Shown piece after piece: positions 12,709 through 24,360 of a DNA stretch of 64,000 nt. A program made the translations under genes and the position numbers. The notes under the pieces were generated by a model. That model worked only from the letters and a program-made list of their open reading frames with translations. It did no database searches and was not told where the DNA came from. Every line of letters starts with the position of its first letter. Positions within the stretch are counted from its first letter, which is position 1. This DNA comes from Octopus sinensis (lineage: Eukaryota), in contig NC_043017.1 of NCBI RefSeq assembly GCF_006345805.1, positions 32,798,001-32,862,000 on the forward strand, given 5' to 3'.

Positions 12709-13141
12709 GATGAAATCCACTCAATCACACGCCAGATTTTACCATAACGATAAATACGCGTGTGGTTCAATTGATTACATCCGACGTTATAATTCAAATG
12801 CCCCAACTAACAGCGCTGCGAAACTTTCACGAAAACAAATACAGCATTTAGAAATAAATGCAGCATAATTATAATTAATAATAATGGTGAGAGAATTAGA
12901 TACTAATTTAATAGTATATCCATCAACACCAAGTGGCCTAGTGCTCCGAGAAACCTGGATTATTATATATTTTATAATATATTATAATATTTTTACAAAA
13001 TTAATATAAGAGAGTGGTCACTATATGGCTCCACTTCTAGCACCAGTTATCCAAAGTTTTCAACCACTAAAAATATGTTTCCCTGAAAGTCAGTACGATT
13101 GTTAGCTCACACGGACAGGGCAAATAAAAAATAACAAAATA

Positions 13142-13237
13142 CAGATTATTTTGGGACAATTGTTTCGCTATTAATGAATTAAATGTAATTTTACTTACAA
13201 AAAAATCCACTTGTAGCTCATCGGCCAAAACTATCTG
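13142..13237 (-). ncRNA. Candidate type I hammerhead ribozyme HH2b
   Basis: Second copy: TTTTGG-CCGATGA-GCTA...TAGC-GAAACAATTGTC-CCAAAA; C17 at 13155. Confidence 0.7.
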
Positions 13238-13421
13238 GATGAAATCCACTCAATCACACGCCAGATTTTACCATAACGATAAATACGTTGTGGGTCAATT
13301 GATTACATCCGACGTTGGTGTGATGGATATACTATTAAATTAGTATCTAATTCTCTCACCCTTATTATATTAATATATATATATTATTATATATATTATA
13401 TATATATATATATATACAACC

Positions 13422-13828
13422 GAGTGGCTGTGTGGTAAGTAGCCTGCTAACCAACCACATGTTCGGGTTTCAGTCCCACTGCGTGGCATCTTGGGCAAGT
13501 GTCTTCTGCTATAGCCCGGTCCGACCAAGCCTTGTGAGTGGATTTGGTAGACAGAAACTGAAAGAAGCCCGTCGTAATAGGGTGTGAATATATATAATAT
13601 ATAAATATATATGAATGTGTGTGTTGGTGTGTCTGTGTTTTTGGCCCCCCTAGCATTGCTTGACAACCGATGCTGGTGTGTTTTCGTCCCCGTTACTTAG
13701 CGGTTCAGCAAAAGAGACCGATAGAATAAGTACTGCTTACAAAGAATAAATCCGGGGTTGATGTGCTGATAAAGGCGGTGCTCCAGCATGGCCGCAGTCA
13801 AATGACTGAAACGAGTAAAAAAAAAAAA
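13422..13828 (+). mobile_element. SINE family A
   Basis: Near full-length match to the family consensus. Confidence 0.9.
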
Positions 13829-14039
13829 GAGTATATATATATATATACAAAAGCCAGACAGGAGAGCAAACTTCTATACTGTATCACATACAACAAAGCA
13901 TCATATTTTGGGTGTGACCTGTATGGTGTCCTAGTAGACTGAGGTGCTATACTTTCAAGAGCAGAGGTCAGCAACACAATGGCCTGATGGCTAAACCTAG
14001 CTCACAGCCTCATTTCTTCAGTCACACTGACATTATTGA

Positions 14040-14715
14040 ATTTCTTCTTTTCTTCTTTTACTTGTTTCAGTCATTTGACTGCGGCCATGCTGGAGCACCG
14101 CCTTTAGTCGAGCAAATCGACCCCGGGGCTTATTCTTTGTAAGTCCAGTACTTATTCTACATATGTACATACATGCATGCATACAGGTATATATATACAT
14201 ACATACGTTTGTATAGATGTACATATATACATATAAACATGCATGCACATATATACATATATGCATACATATATACATATGCATGCATACATATACACAT
14301 AAATATATACATACATAAGTTTGTATAGATGTAAATACAAGATGCCATGCAGTGGGAACATTGTATAGATGTTCAGTCCCACTGCATGGCACCTAGGGCA
14401 AGTGTCTTCTACTATAGCCTCAGGTCGACCAAAGCCTTGTGAGTGGATTTGGTAGACGGAAACTGAAAGAAGCCCGTCGTATATTATGTATATATGTATG
14501 TATGTGTGTGTATATGTTTGTGTGTCTGTGTTTGTCCCTCCAACATCGCTTGACAACTGATCGTGGTGTGTTTACATTCCCGTAACTTTGCGGTTCGGAA
14601 AAAAAGATTGATAGAATAAGTACTAGGCTTACAAAGAATAAGTCCTGGGGTCGATTTGCTCGACTAAAGGCGGTGCTCCAGCAAGGCCACAGTCAAATGA
14701 CTGAAACAACTAAAA
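14040..14715. mobile_element. Head-to-head truncated SINE A pair with an intervening microsatellite
   Basis: A(-) 3' part 14040-14157; short A(-) remnant 14341-14359; A(+) 14372-14715. Confidence 0.75.
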
Positions 14716-14745
14716 AAAAAATATATTATATATATATATATACAT

Positions 14746-14811
<66 letters not shown>

Positions 14812-15512
14812 GTGTGTGTATGTATGTAGGTATGTATGTATCTTACTAATATATATATATATTGGAAAAAGATGCAAGCGTCAGCAAAAATTCAAAACTA
14901 AATTTTAAAAGATATAAACAAACTTCTAAATAGTTTCACAGACAATCCCATTTGACTCTGGCCATCATAACAACAACAACAACAAACGAGTTTCTCAATG
15001 GAAACTTCTAAATTATGATGCTATTGTTCACAAACTGCAATATGATACAAATGAAATGAATAAACTTAAAGATACCCCCTCATGTATTTGGTATAGATTT
15101 TATAACTAGCACCATTTTCTGCAAAAAGCAACTTAACATTTATTACAATAATGATTCATAAAAATTCAATGCAATTATTTAATATAATTTCTCCAAGCAT
15201 GTATAGTTGTGGTGGTTTTGTTCACATGTGTATTTTCATTCTCCACCAACTTTGATAAACAACTTTTGAGAAATTACTTAAATAAAAAAAAATTCTTTTA
15301 TTTTATTCCCTTCAGTAATTAACAATTGAAATGACTGATCTCCCAGGACAACACTTTGCTTCAGTTCTTTTTCCTATATTAATGAAATGTTTCTTATTAA
15401 TTATATCCTATCATAGATCAGTTGTCTGTGTATGTAAATGTAAACAGAATGGCAATTTTGAAACATACTAATGTTCGTTAACAAAACTATTGAACAAGTA
15501 ATGAAAAGGAAT

Positions 15513-15800
15513 AGGCGCAGGAGTGGCTGTGTGGTAAGTAGCTTGCTTACCAACAACATCGTTCCGGGTTCAGTCCCACTGCGTGGCACCTTGGGCAAGT
15601 GTATTCTACTATAGCCTCGGGCCGACCAAAGCCTTATGAGTGTGGATTTGGGAGACGGAAACTGAAAGAAGCCCGTCGTATATATGTATATATATATATA
15701 TATATATACATATATGCGTGTGTGTGTTTGTGTGTCTGTGTTTGTCCCCCCCACCTGCCATCACTTGACAACCAATGCTGGTGTGTTTATGTCCCCGTTA
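15513..15800 (+). mobile_element. SINE family A, 3'-truncated
   Basis: AGGCGCAGGAGTGGCTGTGTGG head through GTCCCCGTTAC. Confidence 0.85.
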
Positions 15801-16304
15801 CGAAGCCCAATATACCCACCATGATTACCTAATAAGGGTACACCAGGCATGTGCATTACAACAATATGTGCATGACATGGTGATCTCATATCAAGATAAA
15901 CAGCACATGACCTTGTTGGTGGGGGCCCTGTTAGAATTTTCTTCAGGTTGAATTGCCCATCTTGCTCAAAACATCCCTGAATAAGGGTTGTTTAAGGATG
16001 TTGAATGAAATACCCATGTTTCCAAAGGTGAATTATTAAAACCCCAAAGAATCCCTCTCAACACATGACTATGATACTACTCCACTACTTCTGCTCGTGA
16101 TCAGAGATGCACATATTGTCAGCCACTAAGGGACATGCTCAACTGGTTAAGGTCAAACAACTGACAAGCAAATCTGTGGTATTGAGCAGAATATTTGCTG
16201 TAGCCCATCTTTTATACCAAGACAAAACAATGTACATGATAACACTTCCAATCAGTTAAGATCAGAAGACATGTGAGCCACTGCCTGGTACTGCATCAGG
16301 GCAT

Positions 16305-16520
16305 TTTATTATTATTATTATTGTTGTTGTTACTACTACTACTACCACCACCACCACCACCACCACTACCACTACAACTACTACCACCACCACCACCACC
16401 ACCACCACTACCACTACAACTACTACCACCACCACCACCACCACCACCACCACTACCACTACATCTACTACCACCACCACCACCACCACTACTACTACTA
16501 CTACCATTATTATTTTTATT
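16305..16520. repeat. (ATT)n/(ACC/ACT)n trinucleotide microsatellite
   Basis: Direct inspection. Confidence 0.95.
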
Positions 16521-16544
16521 ATCAAGGTTGCAAGATGGTAGAGT

Positions 16545-16676
16545 CATTCCCCTCACACACTTATTGTAACGGTCCTTCAGTTTTTCTAAGCCCTGCAAAA
16601 GAACTCAGAATGTGGGGCCTTCAACCAGGAACTTTTGCAATACACTTAAACCAGGAATTTTACAGTACCCCCTATA
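16545..16676. mobile_element. Partial mariner-type MITE (same family as 28458-28677)
   Basis: Shares GGTCCTTCAGTTTTTCTAAGCCCTG...ACCAGGAA and the right TIR-like end. Confidence 0.65.
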
Positions 16677-16688
16677 TACATACATACA

Positions 16689-16726
<38 letters not shown>

Positions 16727-16732
16727 CATATA

Positions 16733-17160
16733 GGGAGAGTTTACTAAAAAAACAAAAGACGAAGACAGGTGGTGTACAAAACAAACAGATGTATTAGTAT
16801 AACACTCAGGAATAGAAAAAGTCTTTAATGTTTTGAGCCTACGCTCTTCTACAGAAAAGGACACAGAAAAAGACAAGGAGAGAAACAAAAGGATTGAGGT
16901 GTGGGAAGAAAGTTAGCTTCAAGCTATCCAAAGTAAATATAAGAAATAACTTTCAGGGACAATGGTGGTTTACTGAGATGGATGGCTCTGTATTTTGTCA
17001 TATCAGTGTATGATAAACTGAAAATAGTTCTTTCTATATTTCATGGTAGGTGACCAAGTTTGCTGGGTATGTGAATGAGAATACAAGAGTTAAGGAATGG
17101 AGTTGATAAAATCCAGGCTACACATGTTTCATAGCAAGTGGAACCTCAGAATTGTTAAAT
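16733..17160 (-). mobile_element. (TA)n-adjacent element with a degenerate hammerhead-like motif; related pieces at 4945-5085 and 20290-20470
   Basis: 16733-16890 is the reverse complement of 20290-20470; 16890-17030 resembles 4945-5085; motif CTGTAGA-A-GAGC-GTAG-GCTC-(G/A)AAAC. Confidence 0.6.
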
Positions 17161-17523
17161 ATCCAAGTGAGGTGTATACCATAGGCTACTTGTCAGATAT
17201 ATATATATATATAGTAGAAATAGGTTTTGAAAAAAAATATAAAATACACGTGGAAATGTAAGGGTAAAATATAAAAAATCAACGAATATGCATATTGTAG
17301 ATATAAAAAGGCTATTTATGGCAGGTAGTGACATATATACATTTAGAGTATTACTAGTCAAAAAGGTCATTATTATTGATGATTATAAGAAGTTAATAAT
17401 AATAATAATAAGGTAAGAGACTGGAACAAACCAATTGGTTTTCGCGTTAGCTATTCATCGTTTGAACATACATATATATATATATACATATATATACCGG
17501 AGTATATATAGAAGTATATATAG

Positions 17524-17750
17524 AAGGCGGCGAGCTGGCAGAACCGGTAGCGCGCCGGGTGAAATGCTAAGCGGTATTTCGTCTGTCGTTACGTTCTGAG
17601 TTTAAATTCCGCCGAGGTCGACTTTGCCTTTCATCCTTTCGGGGTCGATAAATAAAGTACCAGTTATGCACTGGGGTCGATGTAATCGACTTAATGTCTG
17701 TCCTTGTTTGTCTCCTCTGTGTTTGGCCCCTTGTGGGTAGTAAAGAAATA
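17524..17750 (+). mobile_element. SINE family B with target-site duplication
   Basis: Full copy; ATATATATACCGGAGTA occurs on both sides. Confidence 0.9.
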
Positions 17751-17757
17751 TATATAT

Positions 17758-17986
17758 ACCGGAGTAAACACATAAATGTGAAACAAGGTGGATTAAAGAG
17801 TACTCAAATACCAGTGGTAGAGTAATATACTTTATTCAGAGCAGCAGAAAATTCAACAAAACCTGTTAATCTGAGTTTCCTGTTACCGTTCATCGGACAG
17901 TTTTTTCTAGCAAAAACTGTCCGATGAACGGCAACGGGAAACTCAGAGTAACAGGTTTTATTGAATTTTCTGCTGCTTTAGATAAA

Positions 17987-17990
<4 letters not shown>
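17758..17990. mobile_element. (TA)n-flanked foldback with a hammerhead-like motif in each arm
   Basis: ~75-bp inverted arms centred near 17908, plus a ~70-bp one-sided extension. Confidence 0.8.
17913..17959 (+). ncRNA. Candidate minimal type I hammerhead HH4
   Basis: AAAACTGT-CCGATGA-A-CG-GCAA-CG-G-GAAACTCAGAGTA-ACAGGTTTT; GUA site; U4 is C; A.G at the base of stem II. Confidence 0.5.
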
Positions 17991-18030
<40 letters not shown>

Positions 18031-18469
18031 GGTTTCTTTCAGTTTCCATCTACCAAATTCACTGACAAGGCTTTGGTCAGCTTGAGGCTATAGTAGAAGA
18101 CACCAGGTCAGGGTGCCACACAATGGGACTGAACTCAGAATCATGTGATTGGGAAGCAAACATCTTTCCACACACCCATGCCTGTTGATATTAGCCATAA
18201 AAGACAATGATGGGGGCTGATACTATGAACGGAGATGCTTAGTCGGAACTGTTTGTCATCGTCTTGTTATTGTATCCATTACTTAAATACCGTTATTGCT
18301 CGTATTATTTCCAACCCATTCCCCAATTAGACATTTATTAGAGAAGCTAACGATGTTCGTAAACAATAAGTCATAATTCATACAGAAAGATTTCGTTATT
18401 TCTTTTTGTTAACCATTATTATTATAACCATTATAATATTATTTTCTGTCTTATGATTATTATAGCCCC

Positions 18470-18586
18470 CAAAATTATTATTATTATATTATTATTATTA
18501 TTATTATTATGATGATAAACATTATCATCATTATCATTACAATCATCATAATATCTTCTGTATTATGATTATTATACTGAACCAAC

Positions 18587-18632
<46 letters not shown>

Positions 18633-18647
18633 GTTATTATTAATATT

Positions 18648-18678
<31 letters not shown>

Positions 18679-18700
18679 TTATTACTATTATTATTATTAC

Positions 18701-18739
<39 letters not shown>

Positions 18740-18991
18740 TATTATTATTATATTATTACTATTATTATTATTATTATTATTACTACTATTATTATCATTA
18801 TTATTATTATTATTATTGTTGTTGTTATTATTATTATTATTATTGTTATTATTATTATTATTATCATAATTACTATTATTAATATTATTATTATTATTAC
18901 GATGATGATGAAGATTATTATCATCATCATCATCCTTATCATTACAATCATTATATTATTATTATTATTTGTGTTCTGAGTATTATACTCA

Positions 18992-19029
<38 letters not shown>

Positions 19030-19030
19030 T
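18470..19030. repeat. (ATT)n microsatellite
   Basis: Direct inspection. Confidence 0.95.
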
Positions 19031-19293
19031 TTTGCTTCCATCCTCCTTTCAAAATAATAATCAAATTATCCTTGGAACGAGCAGAATAATGATTGTTGAT
19101 GAAAACCCGACAGATTAGTAAAACAGTTCTATTATTTCTTTTATATATAATTTCAGATTAGATTAGGCTTGTTGGGATGTTGACATTTGTTAATCCTAAA
19201 GGCCTCATCAAAAATTCGCTGTTTTCTTTTCATTCTTACTCTTAGGGCTTCAACTTATAAATACATTCATACATTCATACATACATGCATATA

Positions 19294-19333
<40 letters not shown>

Positions 19334-19334
19334 T

Positions 19335-19890
19335 GGGCAGGCATCGCTGTGTGGTAAGAAGCAAGTTTCTTACCACACAGGCGGCGAGCTGGCAGAAATG
19401 TTAGTACGCCGGGCAAAATGCTTAGTGGTATTTCATCGGTCTTTACGTTCTGAGTTCAAATTCTGCTGAGGTCGACTTTGCCTTTCATCCTTTCGGGGGT
19501 CAATAAATTAAGTACCACTATATATATATGTATGTGTGCGATAACATGGCTATGCAGTGAGAAGTTTGCTTTCCAACCACGTGGTTCTGGGTTCAGTCTT
19601 ACTTTGTGACACCTAGAGCAAGTGTTTTTTGCTATACCCAAGCCATGTCAGTGGAATTGGTAGATGAAAACTGAAAGAAGCCTGTCATACATACATGTGT
19701 CTGTGTTTGTCCCTCATCACCACTTGATAACTAATGTTGGTTTGTTTATGTCCCCTTAACTGAACAGTTCAGCTACACAGAACAATACAATAAGTTTCAG
19801 GCTTAAAAAATAAAGAAATACATATAAAATTCTTCAAGGTGGTGCCCAAGCTGGGCCATAATCTAATGACTGAGACAAGTAAAAAATAAA
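19335..19890 (+). mobile_element. Diverged SINE A interrupted by a partial SINE B
   Basis: A head fragment 19335-19380, B 19380-19520, A 19540-19890. Confidence 0.65.
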
Positions 19891-20054
19891 GATAAAATTT
19901 TCCTTCCTGGCTTCCAAACACTTTTCCTCCACCACATTCACTTACAAAGACTTGCAGTGGGATTGAACCTATAATCATGGGGTTACAAAGTGAACTTCTG
20001 AAGCATGCCATTTTTTTTTTTGAGCAGGAAGCTATTTTTTCTTTGCATCAATAT

Positions 20055-20209
20055 ACTCTTTTACTCTTTTACTTGTTTCAGTCATTTGACTGCAGCCGTA
20101 GTACTTATTCTATTGGTCTCTTTTGCCAAACCGCTAAGTTACGGGGACATAAACACACCAGCATCGGTTCTCAAGCGATGCTGGGGGACAAACACAGACA
20201 CACAAACAT

Positions 20210-20281
<72 letters not shown>

Positions 20282-20700
20282 GCCATGATAGATCGTTAGC
20301 TACTACACCATTTTTTCTCTCCTTGTTTTTTTTCTGTGTCCCTTTCTGTAGAAGAGCGTAGGCGTGAAATGTAAAAGACTTTTTCTATTCCTGACCGTTA
20401 TACTAATACATCTTTTTGTTTTGTACACCACCTGTCTTCGTCTTTTGTTTTTTTTCGTAAACTCTCCTTATATATATATATATGTATTTTTATATACATA
20501 TATATATAAACGATGATGATGATGATGATGATATACGACGGGCTTCTTTCAGTTTCCGTCTACCAAATACACTCACAAGGCTTTGGTCAGCCCGAGGCTA
20601 TAGTAGAAGACACTTGCCCAAGGTGCCATGCAGTGGGACTGAACCTGGAACCATGTGGTTGGTAAGCAAGCTACTTACCAGACAGCCACTCCTGCACCTG
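20055..20700 (-). mobile_element. SINE A split at its internal (TA)n by the hammerhead-like element 20290-20470
   Basis: 3' half 20055-20280 and 5' half 20535-20700 flank the insert. Confidence 0.75.
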
Positions 20701-21534
20701 TACTTTATTTTATGCATATATGATACTGAAAATATGTGAAAATATGCATGAAGGTACAAAGTGATAATTTATTGTTATAATATATTCCTTTACACTATGT
20801 TCTTCATGATATATACCCACACACTGAAACGCACATGTAGAAGAAGAATGCACACAGACAATTGTATGCATACACACACACACACACATGGTCACATACC
20901 CACCCAAGCATCTTGTTGGCTAAAGCACACAACTGTATTTATTGAGCAAGAAAATATATTTGACCGAATACAATGTGAATCGGTGTGACGGCCAATTGAT
21001 CTGAGATGAATGTCTCGTAGCCATTAAGTCCATGTCTAAACAAGATAAAAGGGCTTAAATGAGAAGATTAATAATGATTTCTTAATTAGGCATAAAGCTG
21101 TAGCCAAGTAGAGTTAAGTGTCTTGGCAACATTTGCCATTATGCAATGCAAACAACAGGATACAATCTCCCACATCTAGAAAAGTGTCGGTAGATTTGTT
21201 CATTTGCTACTTGACCTTTAAATCATCATAATTGCTCATAAAGATGAGGGATGCTTTAGATTTCAGACTTCTCAGGAGATTATGAGAAACAAGAACAAGC
21301 CAAAAATAGAGTTTGTTTAGTGATTGTTTGACCTGCTAGAAATTGCAACCAAGTTTATCCCTCAATTTGATCATGAACATAGAAGAAGAGAGAGAAGACT
21401 GTAGTCTTGGGTACTTAGAGTTTAAAGATAACTAAAAAAAATGGAATGTGATGACCATAGCTCAAACTCTGTCATAGATTTGTTAAATCAAAGCTAACTT
21501 GAGGTTAAACACCACCAACAGCAGCAGCAGCAGT

Positions 21535-21915
21535 GGAGGTGAAATGGCCCAATGGTTAGGGCAGCGGACTCGTGGTCGGAGGATCGTAGTTTCGATTCCC
21601 AGACTGGGCATTATGTGTGTTTATTGAGCGAAAACACCTAAAGCTCCACGAGGCTCCGGCAGGGGGTGGTGGCAACCCCTGTTGTACTCTTTCGCTCCAA
21701 CTTTCTCTCACGCTTCCTTCCTGTTTCTTGTCCCCGACTTCCTACACAACCGCTGAGCCTGGATGCGCATTCATCCATCCGTCGATGCTCTCGGTGTCGG
21801 GGGTTGATCTGCTTTCTCTTCTGAGGGTCTTATGAATAGCAAAGGACCACGTTTTGGACTTCTCCCACTGCGAGCTCTGGGACAAAAACTGCTTCATGCA
21901 ACAGCAACAGCAACA
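21535..21915 (+). mobile_element. tRNA-derived SINE (third family)
   Basis: A-box TGGCCCAATGG, B-box-like GTTTCGATTCC, ends in a (CAA/CAG)n tract; single copy in the window. Confidence 0.6.
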
Positions 21916-22259
21916 GCAGCAATAGCCATTCAAGAATTTGGACCTGGAGATCTCCATTTCCAGGAATTTTGAGGGCCACTTCCCAGTGGTGTCGGACGTC
22001 AAAGAAGAGCCCTCGACTACTACAAGACGACCAAAGTTTTTTTTCCAAGGTCTGGGGTCTCCCGCACCTAAGCCATAGACCATCACCTAATCACCCTTAC
22101 CCATCTTGTTGCTTAACAACAACAACAACAACAGAAGCAGCAATAGAGAGCAGTTCGTGACACAACACTTGCTGTTAATTTGATGGGCCATTGCAGAGTG
22201 GAACAAAGAGGGGTGGGACACTGATTAATGTTCTTTGAAAAATAAAGTGCAGAGCAAAT

Positions 22260-22670
22260 AGGCGCAGGAGTGGCTGTGTGGTAAGTAGCTTGCTTACCAG
22301 CCACATGGTTCCAGGTTCAGTCCTACTGTGTCGTACCTTGGGCAAGTGTCTTCTACTATAGCCTCGGGCCGACAAAAGCCTTGTGAGGGGATTTGGTAGA
22401 CGGAAACTGAAAGAAGCCCGTCGTATATATGTATATATGTATGTGTGTGTCTGTATATGTTAGTGTGACTGTGTTTGTCCCCCCAACATCACTTGACAAC
22501 CGATGCAGGTGTGTTTGCATCCCTGTAACTTAGCAGTTTGGCAAAGGAGACCGATAGAATAAGTACTAGGCTTACAATAAGTAAGTCCTGGGTTCGATTT
22601 GCTCGACTAAAGGTGGTGCTCCAGCATGGCCACAGTCAAATGACTGAAACAAGTAAGAGAGTAAAAGAGT
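22260..22670 (+). mobile_element. SINE family A, full length
   Basis: Consensus head to tail. Confidence 0.9.
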
Positions 22671-22869
22671 AATATGTGACATAAACCTACGAGTCAACAG
22701 TGCTCAGGCACTGAAGAAGGGCATTCACAATGATTTTCTCCATCTGTGTACATCTCGGGCAGGGTTGACTGATGGCACTCCCTTGGCTGTTTTCTCAAAC
22801 TGGCAATGCTGCGAGTCACAATGTAGCACCAACAGCAGAAATAGTGGAAGAATTTTAGGAAGAAATATA

Positions 22870-23095
22870 TATTTCTTTACTGCCCACAAAGGGCTAAACA
22901 TAGAGGGGACAAACAAGGACAGACAAACGGATTAAGTCGATTATATCGACGCCAGTGCGAAACTGGTACTTTATTTATCAACCCCGAAAGGATGAAAGGT
23001 AAAGTCGACCTCGGTGGAATTTGAACTCAGAACATAACAACAGACGAAATACCGCTAAGCATTTTGCCCGGCTAACGTTTCTGCCAGCTCGTAGC
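22870..23095 (-). mobile_element. SINE family B
   Basis: Consensus match on the minus strand. Confidence 0.85.
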
Positions 23096-23323
23096 CTTTT
23101 TAGGAAGAAATATGGTTAGTGAAGAAGCAACCTCAGGAAAGAAACGCAGCACCTGAACAATTCTGGACACTTATAACTATGGAAGAGTTCACCCAGGTAC
23201 TTCAAAAAACTAAGCAACTGGAAGGCACCTGGACATGACAAGATCCCTAATTTCTGGTTTTAGTATTTAATAAGAACACATAAGACATTGCCTGAGAAAT
23301 TCAAAGAGATACCAGAGAATCAT

Positions 23324-23561
23324 AGGCACAGGAGTGGCTGTGTGGTAAGTAGCTTGCTTACCAACCACATGGCTCCGGGTTTAGTCCCACTGCGTGGCAC
23401 CTTGGGCAAGTGTCTTCTACTTATAGCCTCGGGCCGACCAAAGCCTTGTGAGTGGATTTGGTAGATGGAAATTGAAAGAAGCCCATCGTATATATGTATA
23501 TATATGTGTGTGTGTTTGTGTGTCTATGTTTGTACCCTGAACAACGCCTGACAACCGATGC
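23324..23561 (+). mobile_element. SINE family A, 5' part, inside the LINE
   Basis: Consensus head to GACAACCGATG. Confidence 0.85.
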
Positions 23562-23944
23562 TACAAGGGCTCATATGGCTGCAAAGATCAGTTATTGATC
23601 AATAAAGCCATAACTGAAAACAGCTGAAAAAAAAAAGAGTCTAAGTATGACTTGGATTGATTAGCGAAATGCTTTTGATAGTATTCCCCACACATGGATC
23701 CTGGAAACATTATTATTATTTGAGCAGCACCAATAATAATAATAAAATATATAAAACATGCCATGAATAAATAGCAAAGAGTGCTGCATCCCCCCCCAAA
23801 AAAGAGGGACTCGTAAAAACTAAAGCCAACCCCATTTGAAAAGAAATATTCCAAGGAAACTCACTCCCTCCATTTCTTTTCTGCTTGGCACTTGTGCCTT
23901 TAACTGACATTCTAAACAGAACTGGATGTGGATACAACTGCTAT

Positions 23945-24159
23945 CTCTTTTACTCTTTTACTTGTTTTAGTCATTTGACTGTTGCCATGCTGGAGCACTG
24001 CCTTTAGTCGAGTAAATCAACCCCAGGACTTATTCTTTGTAAGCCTGGTACTTATTCTATCGGTCGCTTTTGCCGAACTACTACGTTACGGGGACGTAAA
24101 CACACCAGTATCGGTTGTCAAGCATTGTTGGGGGGAGACAAACACAGACACACAAACAT

Positions 24160-24195
<36 letters not shown>

Positions 24196-24360
24196 CTACG
24201 AAGGGCTTCTTTCAGATTCTATCTACCAAATCCACTCACAAGGCTTTGGTCGACCCGAGGCTATAGTAGAAGACACTTGCCCAAGGTGTCATGCAGTAGG
24301 ACTGAACCCGGAATCATGTGGTTCATAAACAAGCTACTTACCACACAGCCACTCCTACGC
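23945..24360 (-). mobile_element. SINE family A inside the LINE
   Basis: Full-length reverse copy. Confidence 0.9.

Larger units (their letters stand above)
12361..13375 (-). mobile_element. Tandem dimer of a ~527-bp hammerhead-containing unit with an inverted terminal segment, in (TA)n (Penelope pseudo-LTR/retrozyme-like)
   Basis: 12361-~12790 is repeated at ~12880-13315; 13316-13375 is the reverse complement of the unit's left end; (TA)n on both sides. Confidence 0.75.

Noticed and set aside
15835-16305. Probable dispersed repeat; considered as an snRNA-like sequence
   Set aside because: No real match to U2 or other snRNAs, and only one copy here, so it cannot be classified from this window.
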